Below, piece by piece: positions 13,131-25,953 of a stretch of DNA of 64,000 bases (the stretch's first letter is position 1; every line of letters starts with the position of its first letter). The DNA is from Octopus sinensis. Lineage: Eukaryota. The notes under the pieces were generated by a model, which ran no database searches, was not told where the DNA came from, and saw only the letters and a program-made list of their open reading frames with translations. The position numbers were made by a program, and so were the translations under genes. The stretch is taken from assembly GCF_006345805.1 (NCBI RefSeq), contig NC_043004.1, positions 5,642,001 to 5,706,000 of the forward strand, given 5' to 3'.

Positions 13131-13204
13131 CATATTTACTTATACGCCATGGAAACTAAGTAATCAGCTTTATGAATCCTTGGCCTCAAGAAGAAGTTTG
13201 CTTG

Positions 13205-13605
13205 GTGTAGGCATGGCTGTTTGTTAAGAAGTTTGCTTTGTAATCACATGGTTCCAGGTTCAGTCCCACTGTCTGGCACCTTGGTCAAGTGTCTTCTACT
13301 ATAACCTCAGGCCAACCAAAGCCTTGTCAGTGAATTTGGTAAATGAAAACTGAAAGAAGCCCATCATGTGTGTGTCTTTGTGTCTGTGTTTGTTCCCCAC
13401 CAAACACTTAACAACTGGTGTTGGTGTATTTACATTCCCATAACTTAGTGGTTTGACAAAAGAGTCTAATAGAATAAATACTAGGCTTTAAAAAAAATAA
13501 TAAGTCCTGGGGTCAATTTGCTCAACTAAAACCCTTCAAAACAGTGCCCCAGCATGACCACAGTCTTATGGCTGAAATAAGTAAAAGGATAAAAGGGTAA
13601 AAGAA
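13205..13605 (+). mobile_element. SINE family A
   Basis: Head, core and tail. Confidence 0.85.
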
Positions 13606-13615
13606 TAGTTACCAT

Positions 13616-13853
13616 TAAGGCGGCGAGCTGGCAGAAACATTAGCAAGCTGGGCGAAATGCTTAGTGGTATTTTGTCTGCCGTTACGTTCTGAGTTCAAAT
13701 TCCACCGAGGTCGACTTTGCCTTTCATCCTTTCGGCGTCGATAAATTAAGTACCAGTTATGCACTGGAGTTGATGTAATTGACTTAATCCCTTTGTCTGT
13801 CCTTGTTTGTCTCCTCTATGTTTAGCCCCTTGTGGGCAATAAAGAAATAAGAA
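13616..13853 (+). mobile_element. Young SINE family F
   Basis: taaggcggcgagctggcagaa...gtcgactttgcctttcatcctttcgg..tcgataaattaagtacc; CpG-rich. Confidence 0.9.
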
Positions 13854-14280
13854 TATAGTTACCATACCAACCACATGATAATCGAGTAGGTTAGGATGCT
13901 TTGGATTTTAGTGCCATTTCAACAAAAAAAATAAATGAAAAAAAGAAATTCAGTCCTTTGACATGTAAAACTAGTATTTTAGACAGTCATCAGTTGAGTA
14001 TTACTGGAACATGAGAGGTTTCCTCTAAGGTTAAAATTCTCAATGATATAAAGACAAAGAGCACACAACTTTGATTTCCTATAATCTTCAAGTATCTGTG
14101 ATTTCTCGGTTTTGTTGACACCTCATCCAACTCTGCACCACTTCTCTGTTCTCTGTAAGATAACACATTATTATGATGATATACCAGTCTTGATAATATT
14201 AACCACTAAAGTTTCCTTTTTGTGTTTTTGAAAGCTGGTAATGTGTGATTTAAGAGTAATTTGGTTATTGTTTCTTGCAG

Positions 14281-14347
14281 AGCTTTTGACCACTTAAAGC
14301 CTCCCCCTCACCCCATTAGCATTGAACAAAGAGAAGTTGTTAAATTG
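14281..14347 (+). CDS. Candidate internal coding exon of an unidentified gene: (R)AFDHLKPPPHPISIEQREVVKL
   Basis: Acceptor tttcttgcag, donor TTG|gtaggc; only one open frame; non-repeat sequence. Protein not recognised. Confidence 0.45.
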
Positions 14348-14364
14348 GTAGGCAAGATTATGAA

Positions 14365-14850
14365 TGGTTTCAAATTTTGGCACAAGGGCAGCTATTTGTG
14401 GGAAGGGGAAGGGGATAAATCAACTGGTACTTATTTTATCGACCCCTCAAGAAGATGAAAGACAAAGTCAACACTGACAGAATTTGAACTCAGAACATAA
14501 AGGCAGATAAAATGTCACAAAGCATTTTACCAGGTGTGTTAACGATTCTGCCTGTTCACCGTCTTAAGACCAAATTTTAATTGTTTGTGAGAAAAGTATT
14601 CTTGCATGTTTCTGGCCAATGCTTTAATGCCCTGTTACTTTCCTTATTATTCTTTGTATTATAGGTACAAGGCCTGAAATTTTTTGGTCTATTACATTGA
14701 TCCCAGTACTTGACTAGTACTTATTTCGTCCACCGTAAAAGGATGATGAAAGTCAACCTTGGTGAAATTTGAATTCAGAATGTAAAGGCAGATGAAATGC
14801 CGCTAAGCATCTTGTCTGGTGTGGTAACGATTCTGTCAGGTCACTACCTT
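14365..14850 (-). mobile_element. Two family F SINEs (14365-14568, 14655-14850)
   Basis: Reverse complement of family F. Confidence 0.8.
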
Positions 14851-14852
14851 AA

Positions 14853-15073
14853 CCCTTTTGTTACCAGTCTGGCTGAAACCGGCTCTGGCTCTGAGTACAA
14901 ATGTCTTGTTTCCATAAGTTTTGAATTAAAATCTTCCACCAAACCTTAGTCACAATTTAAGTTCCTAACACTAGCTTAACGATAACTAAATTATTTTATT
15001 AAATTCTTTGTTATATTTAAAATTAATTGAAAGAAACACAGAGCATCTCAACAGGAACATGGTAACAAAAGGG
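14853..15073. mobile_element. piggyBac-type MITE, family P1
   Basis: Perfect 13-bp TIR CCCTTTTGTTACC / GGTAACAAAAGGG flanked by TTAA on both sides; second copy at 35290-35507. Confidence 0.9.
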
Positions 15074-15284
15074 TTAACCTTCATTCTAATAATCAAACCA
15101 CTTTACTAATTGTTTAGGTTGATATTAGCAAGGAAAATCATTCCATCCAAAATCTCTGGAGAAAATGTTTGTAAAATAGGAGTTTGAGATGTTTTGGCAC
15201 AGCTATTTTCATGCCGCTTATATGGCATTGCTGATTTAGCACTGACTTGACATCAGACATTTTAATGTTTCTCATATTTTATCC

Positions 15285-15287
<3 letters not shown>

Positions 15288-15375
<88 letters not shown>
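15288..15375. repeat. (CT)n microsatellite
   Basis: Direct. Confidence 0.95.
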
Positions 15376-15377
<2 letters not shown>

Positions 15378-15899
15378 TTATATATGTGAGCATATTTCTC
15401 TTATGCATATGAATAGAGGGGAATGTGTTTATGTCAATTGTGTGCATTTAATGAATTGCAATGTCTCTCTCTCTCTCGATCTGTATGTGTACATTTCTGT
15501 GCACACACATTTGCTTCCAGTGCCAAAAAGTGCTGTCACCAAATCATCTGTGACCAGACAGCTGCACCAAATTGCCTTATTTTGGTAAAATAGTTGTTAA
15601 ATATGTTACGATCTGTTTTACTTACTAAAATGAGCAGGATGGCTTTGCAGGGAAAAATAGATATATAGATTATGGAACCCTGAATAAAAGTTTTCCAACA
15701 AGTACTTTTCTAAATTTAGGTTAAAACATGTTATGTCGGGAATTAATCCCACTCCTCTTTATTATCTTCACTGTCCCTAATTATGTTGATAATACCTCTT
15801 CTTCCTCTTTGTCATCACTGCTGCTATGCTTATCATTGTTAAATTTTGGAGTTTTGAGAATTTGTTTTTAAGTTTTATAGTTGGAGTTCCTTCCTACTT

Positions 15900-16215
15900 C
15901 TATCTACAGGCATTCCGTTGGTTACGACAATGAGGATTTCAGTTGATCTGATCAATGGAAGAGCCTCCTTGTGATATCAACGCGCAAGTGGCTGGGCACT
16001 CCACAGACATGTAGTTTTTAGGTAGATTCAGCATGATACAAAATGTGAAAAAGCTGGCCATTTGAATTACAGGTACTACTCATTTTTGCCAGCTGAGTGG
16101 ACTGATGCAATATGAAATAAAGTGTCTCGCTCAAGGACACAATGTGCCACCACAAATTGAACTCATGACCTTGTGATCATGAGCCAAATACCCTAATCAC
16201 CAGGCCATGCACCTT
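15900..16215 (-). mobile_element. tRNA-derived SINE family G
   Basis: gaaataaagtgtctcgctcaaggacac and gaactcatgacc..ctaatcaccaggccatgc (reverse of tRNA head); similar copies at 58830-59140, 27622, 62890, 63135. Confidence 0.7.
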
Positions 16216-16329
16216 CACCTGCTATCTATGGCAGAACAGAAATAATGTGTTTATTATGTCATCTAAAATTGTTTTTGCAAACCTGATGTTTCTTTTTTTT
16301 TTTTCCCCTCCCTATTTTCTGTCTTTTAG

Positions 16330-16690
16330 TTTCTTTTTTCTGTCATGCTATGCTGGAGCACCACCTTGAAGGGTTTTAATCAAGCTAATTAACTCCAGTA
16401 CTCATTTTTAAGTTTGGTACATACTTTAGTGATCCCTTTTGCCTAGTCACTCAGTTATGGGGACATAAGCAAACCAACACTGGTTGGTAAGTGGTGGTGG
16501 CAGACAAACACACACACACATACACACACATGATGGGCTTCAACACAGTTTCCATCTACTAAATTCACTCACAAGACATTCGTTGGCCAGGAGCTTTAGT
16601 AGAAGACACCTGCTCAAAGTGCCTCACAATAGGACTGAACCTGAAACCACATGGTTGCAAATTAAGCTTCTTAAACATACAGCCTTGTGT
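16330..16690 (-). mobile_element. SINE family A
   Basis: Reverse complement of family A. Confidence 0.8.
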
Positions 16691-18547
16691 TGGTTTTATT
16701 TCAGACTGATTACTTTCCAAGTGAAGTAACTTCATTATGACATAAGGATCCATTTCTTTCTTTCCTAGGTTAGAATCTAAAGGTTAAGAGAAGAGATCTG
16801 GAGAAAAGCTTGGATGGTGTTCATTGCATAATGAGCCAAAAATATGCAGAGTGAAAGTTGGTATAGGATGTTTAGAGTCAATGGGGAGAACTGACAGTTT
16901 GTACAAGACATAAGCGAATATTTGAAATGTGCTATTATACGTTTGTATTTACAATTCAAGTCTTTTATAATTTTCTTCAAGTTAAGTCAAAATGCAAAGA
17001 CATCATTAGTGTAATAGATAAAATATCACCATATTTAGAGCTACAATTCTTTTGGTTCTCATGTTGAATCTAGTCAAAGATTAATTTTGCCTTCCATCCT
17101 TCCAGAGCTGATATAAGTACCAGAGAAGTATTCAAGTCAATTTAACTGGCTTTATACATGTAAGAAATTATTTTGTATCTTAATTTTACAAAGAGAGGTG
17201 GATTAGTAGATTTTGGTAGAGTATTGAACAAAATGATTTGCAGTATTTAATCACTGTCCTTTACATTCTGTTTTCAATTCCTGCCAGGATAGGTGGGATT
17301 TTTCTCTCTTCCTTCCCAAGTAGTTAAAGATTGCAACTTCTTCAGGGCTTTTTAGCAGTAGCAAGAATATTTTTTTTAAAGTTATTTACTTGTGCATACT
17401 TTCAGTTTTAAGTAATAGCTACTTTAATGAAAGTAAGGATATAGTTCTTGGAATGTGTTAGATACATTTTCTAGCAGTTGAAACTGATTAGTGTTAGGCA
17501 CTTAATGAGCAATATAGAAGTTGCTGCAGCAACTGGTAGGTTGCTTGTTCCCAATTTTTTTGACTCCCTTTTTTTTATGATATCTCAGTTTACATATAAG
17601 AGGAAGTTAGTAAGATTCTTATCAAGCTGTTACTTTGAATTAAAAAAACACATTGAAATTTAAGCTTCATGTCATTCATGTTTTTATGTCCATTTCCCGT
17701 CTTTCCATCTATCACCTCGTTTTACATATTACTTCAAATGGTTAAAAAAATGAGTGAAATTATATTAAGTTTTACCTAATAGAACAGAATTGTGTTAGTA
17801 ACTGAGATAAACAGACAGATATTAAGTTGGAGATATTTTTGTGGAGAAAGAGTGTATAAAGAAAGAGTAGGTGAACTTTATGAGGGATTTTAAATATCTT
17901 CATTTTGAATATCTGTTGCATTTTCTTGTAACTGTAAGATATTCAAATGAGCCAGTTTTGTGAAGATTCAGGCGAAAAAAGATTTTTTTAGTTCCAGGCA
18001 GATATCCATCTCTTCTCTATCCACCCACTATTCAACCTGAAATGAAAACTGGTGTTAAACTTTTCTGTAATTCTGTAATTTAGGGGCTGTGTCTGAAAGA
18101 TAATGAATGATATAACATTTTTTTTTATTATTTTAAGTAAATGCATGTTAAAAAGCACGCTTGCAACAGTTGATATAATGCTTGAATACAGGATACAATC
18201 ACATTTTCACTGCAGGAATTTCATTTGAACTTCTTTGTATTGAAGCTTAACTTCAGTAACAAACTCTTTCATAATTTAAAAATAGATGCCAAATAGTTTC
18301 AACAAAATTGTTTTGTCTAATATGTAATACAGTAAAAATGAAAAATAAAAAGATGAGTTATGTTAGGTTGCCATAAAAAAATCCCTAATGCTTTAAGCAG
18401 AACCCTTCATTGGATAATGAAATAATATGAAAAAAACAGAGCATAAAATAATATTTTTCATTATTTAATTGTTTATGGGGTTTGTAAGAGGAAACAGGGC
18501 AGTACTCATGACCTTTTTGCAGGGCTCTTCAGACCAATGGGTTAAAG

Positions 18548-18790
18548 CAGTGGTTCTCAGCTGGGGTTTATATGGCCCCTGAGGGCTAAGGGGATCATAT
18601 ACAAATTAAATTGATTATACTTCTACAATACAATACAAAATATTTTAATAATTGTTTTTATACAATTCCTAATAATATCTAATTATAAAAATATAATAAA
18701 ATTTTATCAACATTGATTGGCTAGGAGGATTCATCTGAGTAAAATAGGGCTCAAAGGGGTCCATAGGTGAGAAAATGGTTGGGAATAAGG
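18548..18790. mobile_element. hAT MITE (degenerate right end)
   Basis: cagtggttctcagctgggg...ggggtccatagg..aaaatggttgggaa. Confidence 0.65.
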
Positions 18791-19629
18791 CATCAAAATA
18801 TCAAGTTACCTACAGACTTGGTTTGAATGCTTGGAACAGAGTGAATTCCAGTAAAGGCACCTAAGGGTGATGGATTAATTCTTTTGCCTAAGAATAGGTA
18901 TAACTAATCCAATAAGCTTCTACACAGTTTCCATTGATTCATTTTTATCCACATGGCTTTGGTTGAGTGGTAGGAAACACTCATTTCAGGTGTCATGCAA
19001 TGAGATTGAACTAAGAATCATGTGATTGTCAGCCAAACTCCTTGAAACATATGGCCATGCTTGGTCTTTACCTGAAATGTTAGATATTTCTTCTTATTAC
19101 TACAATCTAATTATACACCCAATAATTTGTTTCTATTATACTGACACTTACTGGAGCATACCTTTACTAATCTCTTCAACCATTTGTGGTTGTATTGTGT
19201 TTTATCTTGTACCAATTGCCTTGGCAAGATTTAGAGGCTTTTAAAAATTCATTCAATTTGTAAGAATGTTGAAATGAAGGTTTTATAGCTTGGCGGTTCT
19301 TCTAATGCAAAATACTCAAAGAGTGTGCAAATATTGGGTTAAAAATCCCTTTAGATAGTAAAGTCAAAGGCTATCCACATTATTTATAGCTTTATCTACT
19401 TTCATGTCTCCTGAAGTTTCTAATTTCTTATGTCATAAACTCAAATATTACTTTGAAGTAGCACTTTGCTTTCAAATTATCTGGCAGAGATAATTAGCCT
19501 CTTGCCTTGTCTTAGGATAGAGATTTGAACTCTTAACCTAGTCAGTACATTACTTTATTTAGATATAACAGTAAACAGTCTGGTGCTGGCTTCTGTATAA
19601 GTTAGTCTGGAGTAATCAAAACAAATATA

Positions 19630-20012
19630 TGGCTACAGGTGTGGCAGGAAGTCTGCTTCTCCTCCACATGGTTCTGAGTTCAGTCCCATTGCATGATACC
19701 TTGGGCAGGTGTCTTCTACTTTAACCTCAGGCTGATCAAAGTTTTCTGAATTTGGTAGACAGAAACCAAAAGAAGCCTGTTGTGTGTGTGTGTGTTTTGT
19801 GTCTGTGTTTGTCTCCCACCACCACTTGACAACTGGTGTTGGTTTGTTTACATCCCTGTAAGTTAGTGGTTTGGCAAAAGAGACTGATAGAATAAGTACC
19901 AGGGTTTACAAAAAAATAACGAGCACTGGGGTTGATTTGTTTGAGTAAAATTCTTCAAGGTGGTGTCCCAGCATAGCTGCAGTCTAATGATTGAAACAAG
20001 GAAAAAATAAAA
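19630..20012 (+). mobile_element. SINE family A
   Basis: Head, core and tail. Confidence 0.85.
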
Positions 20013-20351
20013 GACATAATTGAGATGAACAACCAATTTACTGTTTAAATGAGGTTTCACAAATAAATAAAAGTTGAAACAACACACATAAACACATTCC
20101 TCTGAGCAATCAGAAAAATTTTCAATGTTTATAGATAAATTCTCTTTGTACATTGAAATTTTGCCCAAAAATATTAACATCAGAGCTTTCATTAATTTAA
20201 TGATCTTGAATGCTTTTGATCATATCAAAAGTATATTAAAATGTTGCTTGACAGAGATGTCAGGGTATGGTGATGAGAATGATGAAAAGTAAAGAATTTG
20301 AAAAATTTCCTAGATTGGTTCTGTTTCCATGATAATTTTGAAAAATATTAA

Positions 20352-20565
20352 AGGTGGTAAGCTGGCAGAATTGTTACTGCACTGGGAAAAAATTCTTAGT
20401 GTTATTTCTTCCGAATTTATGTTCTGAGTTCAAATCTACTGATGTTGACTTTACCTTTCATTCTTCAGGGCTGATAAAATAATACCAGTTGATCACTGGG
20501 GTTGATGTAATCGACTTATCCCTTCTCCTGAAATTGTTGGCCTTGTACCAAAATTTGAAATCAAT
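20352..20565 (+). mobile_element. SINE family F
   Basis: Head and core. Confidence 0.8.
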
Positions 20566-21183
20566 TTTTAGAAATATTCTTCAATGTATTCTTCAATAAA
20601 TTGTGATGTACATTTTAATATTTCCATTAAACCAAAAGTATATGTTTTTATATCTATAGATATATGTTTCTGATATTTAATACTTACACTTTTCCTCTTC
20701 CATATTCATTCACAACAATAATAATTGGTTCCTATTCGTATGTAACCTTTATATAAGTAGTTATACTTTCTTGTTTCGTGTATATGTGTGTGTGAACATG
20801 TGTGTATGTTTGTGGTACTGTATAATATAAAATACAACAATTATTCATATATTGTAGTGGGAGATGTTTATGGTGGTAATTCCTACAGAAAATTGTGATA
20901 AACGAAAGGCTACAACATTGTGACTTAATGATTTTCATGATTTTGCAAAAGGTTAATTGGTCCCATTTGTGTAAGTTCTATTTAATGAGTAGTCAGGCAT
21001 TTTTTTAACATTATACAATAATCTGTTAGATTTCTGGTTTTCTGTTAACTTTGTATAAAGCTGTTACTGCTTAGACTGCCGATGAGAGAAACTTGGTTTC
21101 CACTGAAATTTGCAACCGTACCAGTTTGCTATTCAGTACATTAAAGTACTTTCCCATAGGATAGCTTTTCTTTCTTTCCTTTT

Positions 21184-21187
<4 letters not shown>

Positions 21188-21252
<65 letters not shown>
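21188..21252. repeat. (TA)n microsatellite
   Basis: Direct. Confidence 0.95.
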
Positions 21253-21255
<3 letters not shown>

Positions 21256-22162
21256 AAATCCCTCTTCTGAATACAGAGGAAGTTAAGCAATTTACATGTT
21301 GTTTATTAAATTTGGCTGGCTCTTAATGGTATAAAAGGGAGTGGGGTGTCACCAAAGCATTTTAGTCCCATGTCTTTTACCCATTTAACTGTTTGCACTG
21401 CTCTGACAATGTTTCAAATTTGTTTTATTTGTCATTGATCTTGCTTACTCAAACTTCATCAGCTTGTTTAACTATTCAAGCAGCTGTTCTGGATAAAACA
21501 CTCATTTTTTAACCTGTTTTTTTTTTTTTTCTTTTTTGAAATGTACTCACAATTTTCATTTGTGTTCATACTTCAGTCAAAAGTAGAGTTGAAATTTTCC
21601 ATAATTAATAAATGCAGCTAAATATTCCACAAGATGACCAATATTAATCATCATTATCATCACTATTGTCATGTTAAAATATTGTAGAATCATGTTAGAA
21701 TTCTGCACACTTGTACATGGTTTCAAGTAGAACTTTACACATTAATTGTAAAGTTGTAGTATTTTTGTGACCAAATTACACTTTACTAGAAAGAAAAAGA
21801 GGAATATAAAAAAAAACAGTAATTCTATCAAAAGATGTCTTGGGCCTTTTTTTTTTTTTTTTTACCAATTTTTAATTAAATACATTGTGTTTGGATTCAT
21901 TTTGGGAATAATCAAGAATTTTGTAAAATATCCTTTTAACAGTCATTAACATTCAGATTACTCTGTCAAATATAATGAGTTTGAATTAATCATACATTAT
22001 CTTGTAGCTTTGAGATGTTGGTGATGTGCTTGTTTATTTTTAGAATGACATTGTAGGATAGGTATGAGAAGCTGGATTTGGCTGATTTGAACATAAAATA
22101 AGTAGGATATCTAGGTTGGATGTGGCTGGTTTAAATGCCAAAGGGTTAAGCCTGTGTTTTGG

Positions 22163-23700
22163 ACTGCAGTTCTCAACTAATGGTCTTTGAACTTTAGTGG
22201 TCCATAACAAAACTTTCAGTGGTCCATTAGAAAATTGCAAAGTAGGTGTTTGTTTTACTTCATAAAGGACAGCAGGCACATAGTTTGTTTTCTTCACGAA
22301 CATGTGCTTTCTTCCTGTCTGGGCAAGTACATTGCTATCTAAGTTGTTAAAGATTATAATGTTATGATGGTTATGATTTCTAAAATTTAAAATTGTAATT
22401 TTATTGAATATTAATTACTGCATTAATTAATTTAAATAACCAGTCATTGATGTAAAAATAATGAGTTGAAAATTAATTTAATTATTACTGTTGCAATAAC
22501 TTTATTTTAAAATTAAATTTAGAATTATGAAAAGTGAGCTTTGGCTCTGTAAACTATAAAGGGACCCAGACTTTATGACCATTATGGAACACTTAAGTGA
22601 GTGTATTAAATTTGGATTTACTTATCAGAAAAAGGTGGTGTGAGTTTGCCAATGTGTGCTGCAGGTTTCAAAGTGCAGAGTAATGATTCAGTGAAGTCTT
22701 CTACATTAAAACTTCATTTAGAAATAGGATATCAAAGATTAGTCAAAAGGGATGAAAATTATTTCTAACATCTGTTATCAGGTTTCAGATGACAGCATCT
22801 TAGCACCACTAGAAGCTTTTATAAAACGAGAGAAAAAATACCCTGATGCAGTGTGGGCTTCATGCATTGTTGCATGTAAGATTACTCAGGTAAAGAAACT
22901 TCACACAATTGATAAGTAACTTATACGACCATGTGCTGAAGAGATCAGTTGAATTGTTTTTGGAGAGGATGCTGCTACTAAATGGAGTGCCTCTCTTTTT
23001 AATAGTACTATGTCCAGGCAGATAAGTGAGATGCAGCAAGATATCAAGTATTTAATGAAGTCAAAGAACTCCTCTCTTCTATATTCAAAGATATAAGTCA
23101 ACTAATGCTACTGTTTGTTCCCAGTCTTTATTTGGTACGTGTTTAACCCTTTAGTATTCAAACTAGCCATATCAGGGCCAAATATTCTACCAGTTCTATA
23201 TTCAAAATGACCAGATCTACCTGACTATGTCATTCTAAAAATAAATAATCACATCATTGAAATCTCAAGGCTACGAGATAATGTATGATTAATTCAAAAC
23301 AATATGAATAAATAATCATTATGTTTGACAGAGTAATTTGAATGCTAAAGGTTTAATAGCAAATTCCTCTTCTGCACCCCTATTCTGACCTTGACTGAAG
23401 CTGCTGGCTGATGTCATTGTTAAGGAGATTTTTTAAGCCAGTGGCCCAGATTGGTAAAAATTTTGTGGATGACACAGGGTTCAAAATCAGGATTTTAAAT
23501 ATTGATGAAGAAACCTCTGAGTGCAATGTTTCATACACAGAAAAGTTTTGACTGCTTAGGTATTACCAAATGATTTTAATGCTGTGTTTACAATAATTAT
23601 GTCAAATCTGGTAATAGAGTTGGCAGTAACTGTATTGGCAACTCCATAAAAAAATATCAAAGTAAACAAATGTGAACATAGCTGTTTACCAAATAGTTTT
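22163..23700 (+). mobile_element. Fossil autonomous hAT (Buster/ZBED5-SCAND3-like) transposon, transposase pseudogene
   Basis: Left end cagttctcaac..tggtcc. Degenerate readings IKFGFT..LPMC..FKVQSNDSVKSSTLKLHLE, ASCIVACKITQVKKLHTID.LIRPCAEEI..VFGEDAATK, then KFLFCTP..AADV..GSKSGF..IHRKVL match the conserved Buster transposase N-terminal half; many stops and frameshifts. Confidence 0.8.
23147..23352. mobile_element. piggyBac-type MITE, family P2, nested in the hAT transposase
   Basis: TTAA-CCCTTTAG ... CTAAAGGT-TTAA; second copy at 60260-60481. Confidence 0.8.
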
Positions 23701-24544
23701 GCTCATGCAAAATTTTAGATGCTGTCTGTTATTTAGAGCTTTAGACTAATTATAAAGATTTTAATGATTAAATGTAACCTAAGGAATATAATTCCCAAGT
23801 CAGCCTTAATCATACAAACCTATCGAAGATGTTCCACTTGTGACAATAGCATCTTTTTCAGTCAATGAGTAATGTATTCTGAGATATACCGTGTCCTTCT
23901 TTTGTTAAGATGATAGGCTATGATTTAAGGAAGTGTTGTTTGCTACTTCTTGCACCTCTAGTGACCACATAAAGGCTCATTCACTGGTTCAGTTTAGATA
24001 TCATTTATTGACACTAGTATTTCCATTTTCACATGTTAATGTATCAACTCTAAACCATGCTTGGTGTTCCCTGTTTGTCTTCTTTATCAATGACTTTTAA
24101 AAATTTACCAAAAAATTCTATACATTTTTTTACCAGCATTTTTAAAGTACTTTGTGTTTTATCTTTGAAAGATACATTTATCAGAAGCCCATTTTTGGAT
24201 CAGATTCTGATAAGTAATAAGTTGTAGGATCCATCATTATCATCACTTAATGTTTGTCTTCCATGCCAGCATGGTTTGGATGATTCAGCAGGATCAAACA
24301 AGCCAGAAGACTGTACCAAACTCCAAGAAGGTCTAAATGCAATCAATACTAAAATATTAGTCTCCTCATAACATCTAGTTTCTTGACTCTGCCAAAAGAA
24401 ATCTGATTATTTGGTTAGTTAATTCTAACATAAATTATTAACCTTTTTCACAGTTTTGTGATATACCTCCCTTTCTGTATTCTTTAGAAAGGTCTAGCTG
24501 AATCAGTTGAGATATGTGCTTTACATCTGTTAAGACATTTCTCA

Positions 24545-24758
24545 TCATCATTATTGTAACATCCATGGGTTGGATTGAGTTTATTGAGGTAGATTTTTTA
24601 CAGCCAGATACCCTTCCTGTTGCCAACCCTTACCTCTTTCCAAACAATGTAATATTTCCCACGACCAGACTTGTTTTCCACTGAAAACTGGAAACAGACA
24701 ACTTCACTTCTATGACAGTGATGCTCGTTTACAACTATCATGTGATGTCAAGACAAGA

Positions 24759-24803
<45 letters not shown>

Positions 24804-24960
24804 AAATACTTCTGTCAATCCCACTGCAGTGTACCCTGCGTAAATGTCCAGTTACTATAGCACTGAACTGGCCAAAGCCTTGTGAGTGGATTTGGTAGAG
24901 GGAAACTGGAAGAAACCCACTGTGTGTGGGTGTTTGTGTGTGTATGTAGCTTGCTGCAGT
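24545..24960. mobile_element. Family B tail (minus), (CA)n and family A head fragment
   Basis: cccttcctgttgccaaccc; gccttgtgagtggatttggtag. Confidence 0.65.
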
Positions 24961-25371
24961 CCTGTCGTTCACTAGCTTCTGTTAAACTAACACGTACCAG
25001 GAAACAAAACTGTATGTCAAATAGTGATGATAATGATGATGATAGTTGCAATCCTATATTTATGTTACATCCAAGATGTTTTTTATTCTTTGAGATCAAT
25101 TCCAGCATACTTTTGTAATGTATTATCAATGATTTTACAAGTCCCTATCTTGTCTTTTAATTCAATATAAAATTCAATATCTAAAATCTCAAAGAACTTC
25201 GATGCCTTTAGAATCATCTGTACTAGCTGGTTTCCATGTCACTTCCATACCCTTTCTAAGTTATACATTTCATGTAACTCCCAGTGGATAATTTATACAC
25301 CAGTATCATGTCTCTAAAATTCATTCACTTGTATTAGCATATCTCATGTACAACATTTCTACCATTCTCCC

Positions 25372-25432
25372 CTACTACTACTGTTGCTGCTGCTGCTGCT
25401 GCTGCTGCTACTACTACTACTACTACTACTAT

Positions 25433-25471
<39 letters not shown>

Positions 25472-25520
25472 ACTACTACTACTACAACCACTACTACTAC
25501 CACTATTATTATTATTATTA
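25372..25520. repeat. Compound trinucleotide repeat (CTG)n(CTA)n(TTA)n
   Basis: Direct; explains the poly-Y/T/L/V ORFs. Confidence 0.95.
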
Positions 25521-25905
25521 TATGCAGATGGTAGAAAGCCACCCAAGATGCTTTATGGTTTGTAGTTTGCAGCCTCATCACTTTAAATTCAAATACTATT
25601 AAAGTTGACTTTGAGCTTCATTCTAAGAACTGTTGAAAGTAAGTTCCAGTAAGATTAAGGCCATGTTAATTGACCATAACACTTCTTCCTTACACACTGT
25701 GTCTAGCCTGAATAAATTAATATTGTTGTTAGATTAACATTGCAGATTTTGTTGTTGAAACAAAGTGTACTTTGTAAATATCTCTTCTTTATCTTAAAAC
25801 TTTCCTCATTGGTGGCAAAATAGTTTATTGCATACATGACATTAGATATGCCACTTATAGAGTGCCAAACTTAATATCTTACAACAATGCATTCTGGTCT
25901 TACAG

Positions 25906-25953
25906 AGATTGATTTAGCCCCAGTGAAATGTGTATTTGCTGTTGTATTCATCC
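25906..25953 (+). CDS. Weak candidate exon (E)IDLAPVKCVFAVVFI
   Basis: ggtcttacag acceptor, gtaaga donor, 48 nt phase 1-1; protein not recognised. Confidence 0.25.

Noticed and set aside
21398-21466. Minus-strand CTGATGA...GAAA-CATTG-TC hammerhead-like match
   Set aside because: No stem I pairing and an irregular stem II; may be chance or too decayed
22782-22889. Apparent 108-nt exon VSDDSILAPLEAFIKREKKYPDAVWASCIVACKITQ
   Set aside because: It is continuous with Buster hAT transposase motifs on both sides, so it is transposon-derived rather than a host exon
25334-25602. Poly-Y/T/L/V/A ORFs
   Set aside because: Translations of a trinucleotide microsatellite
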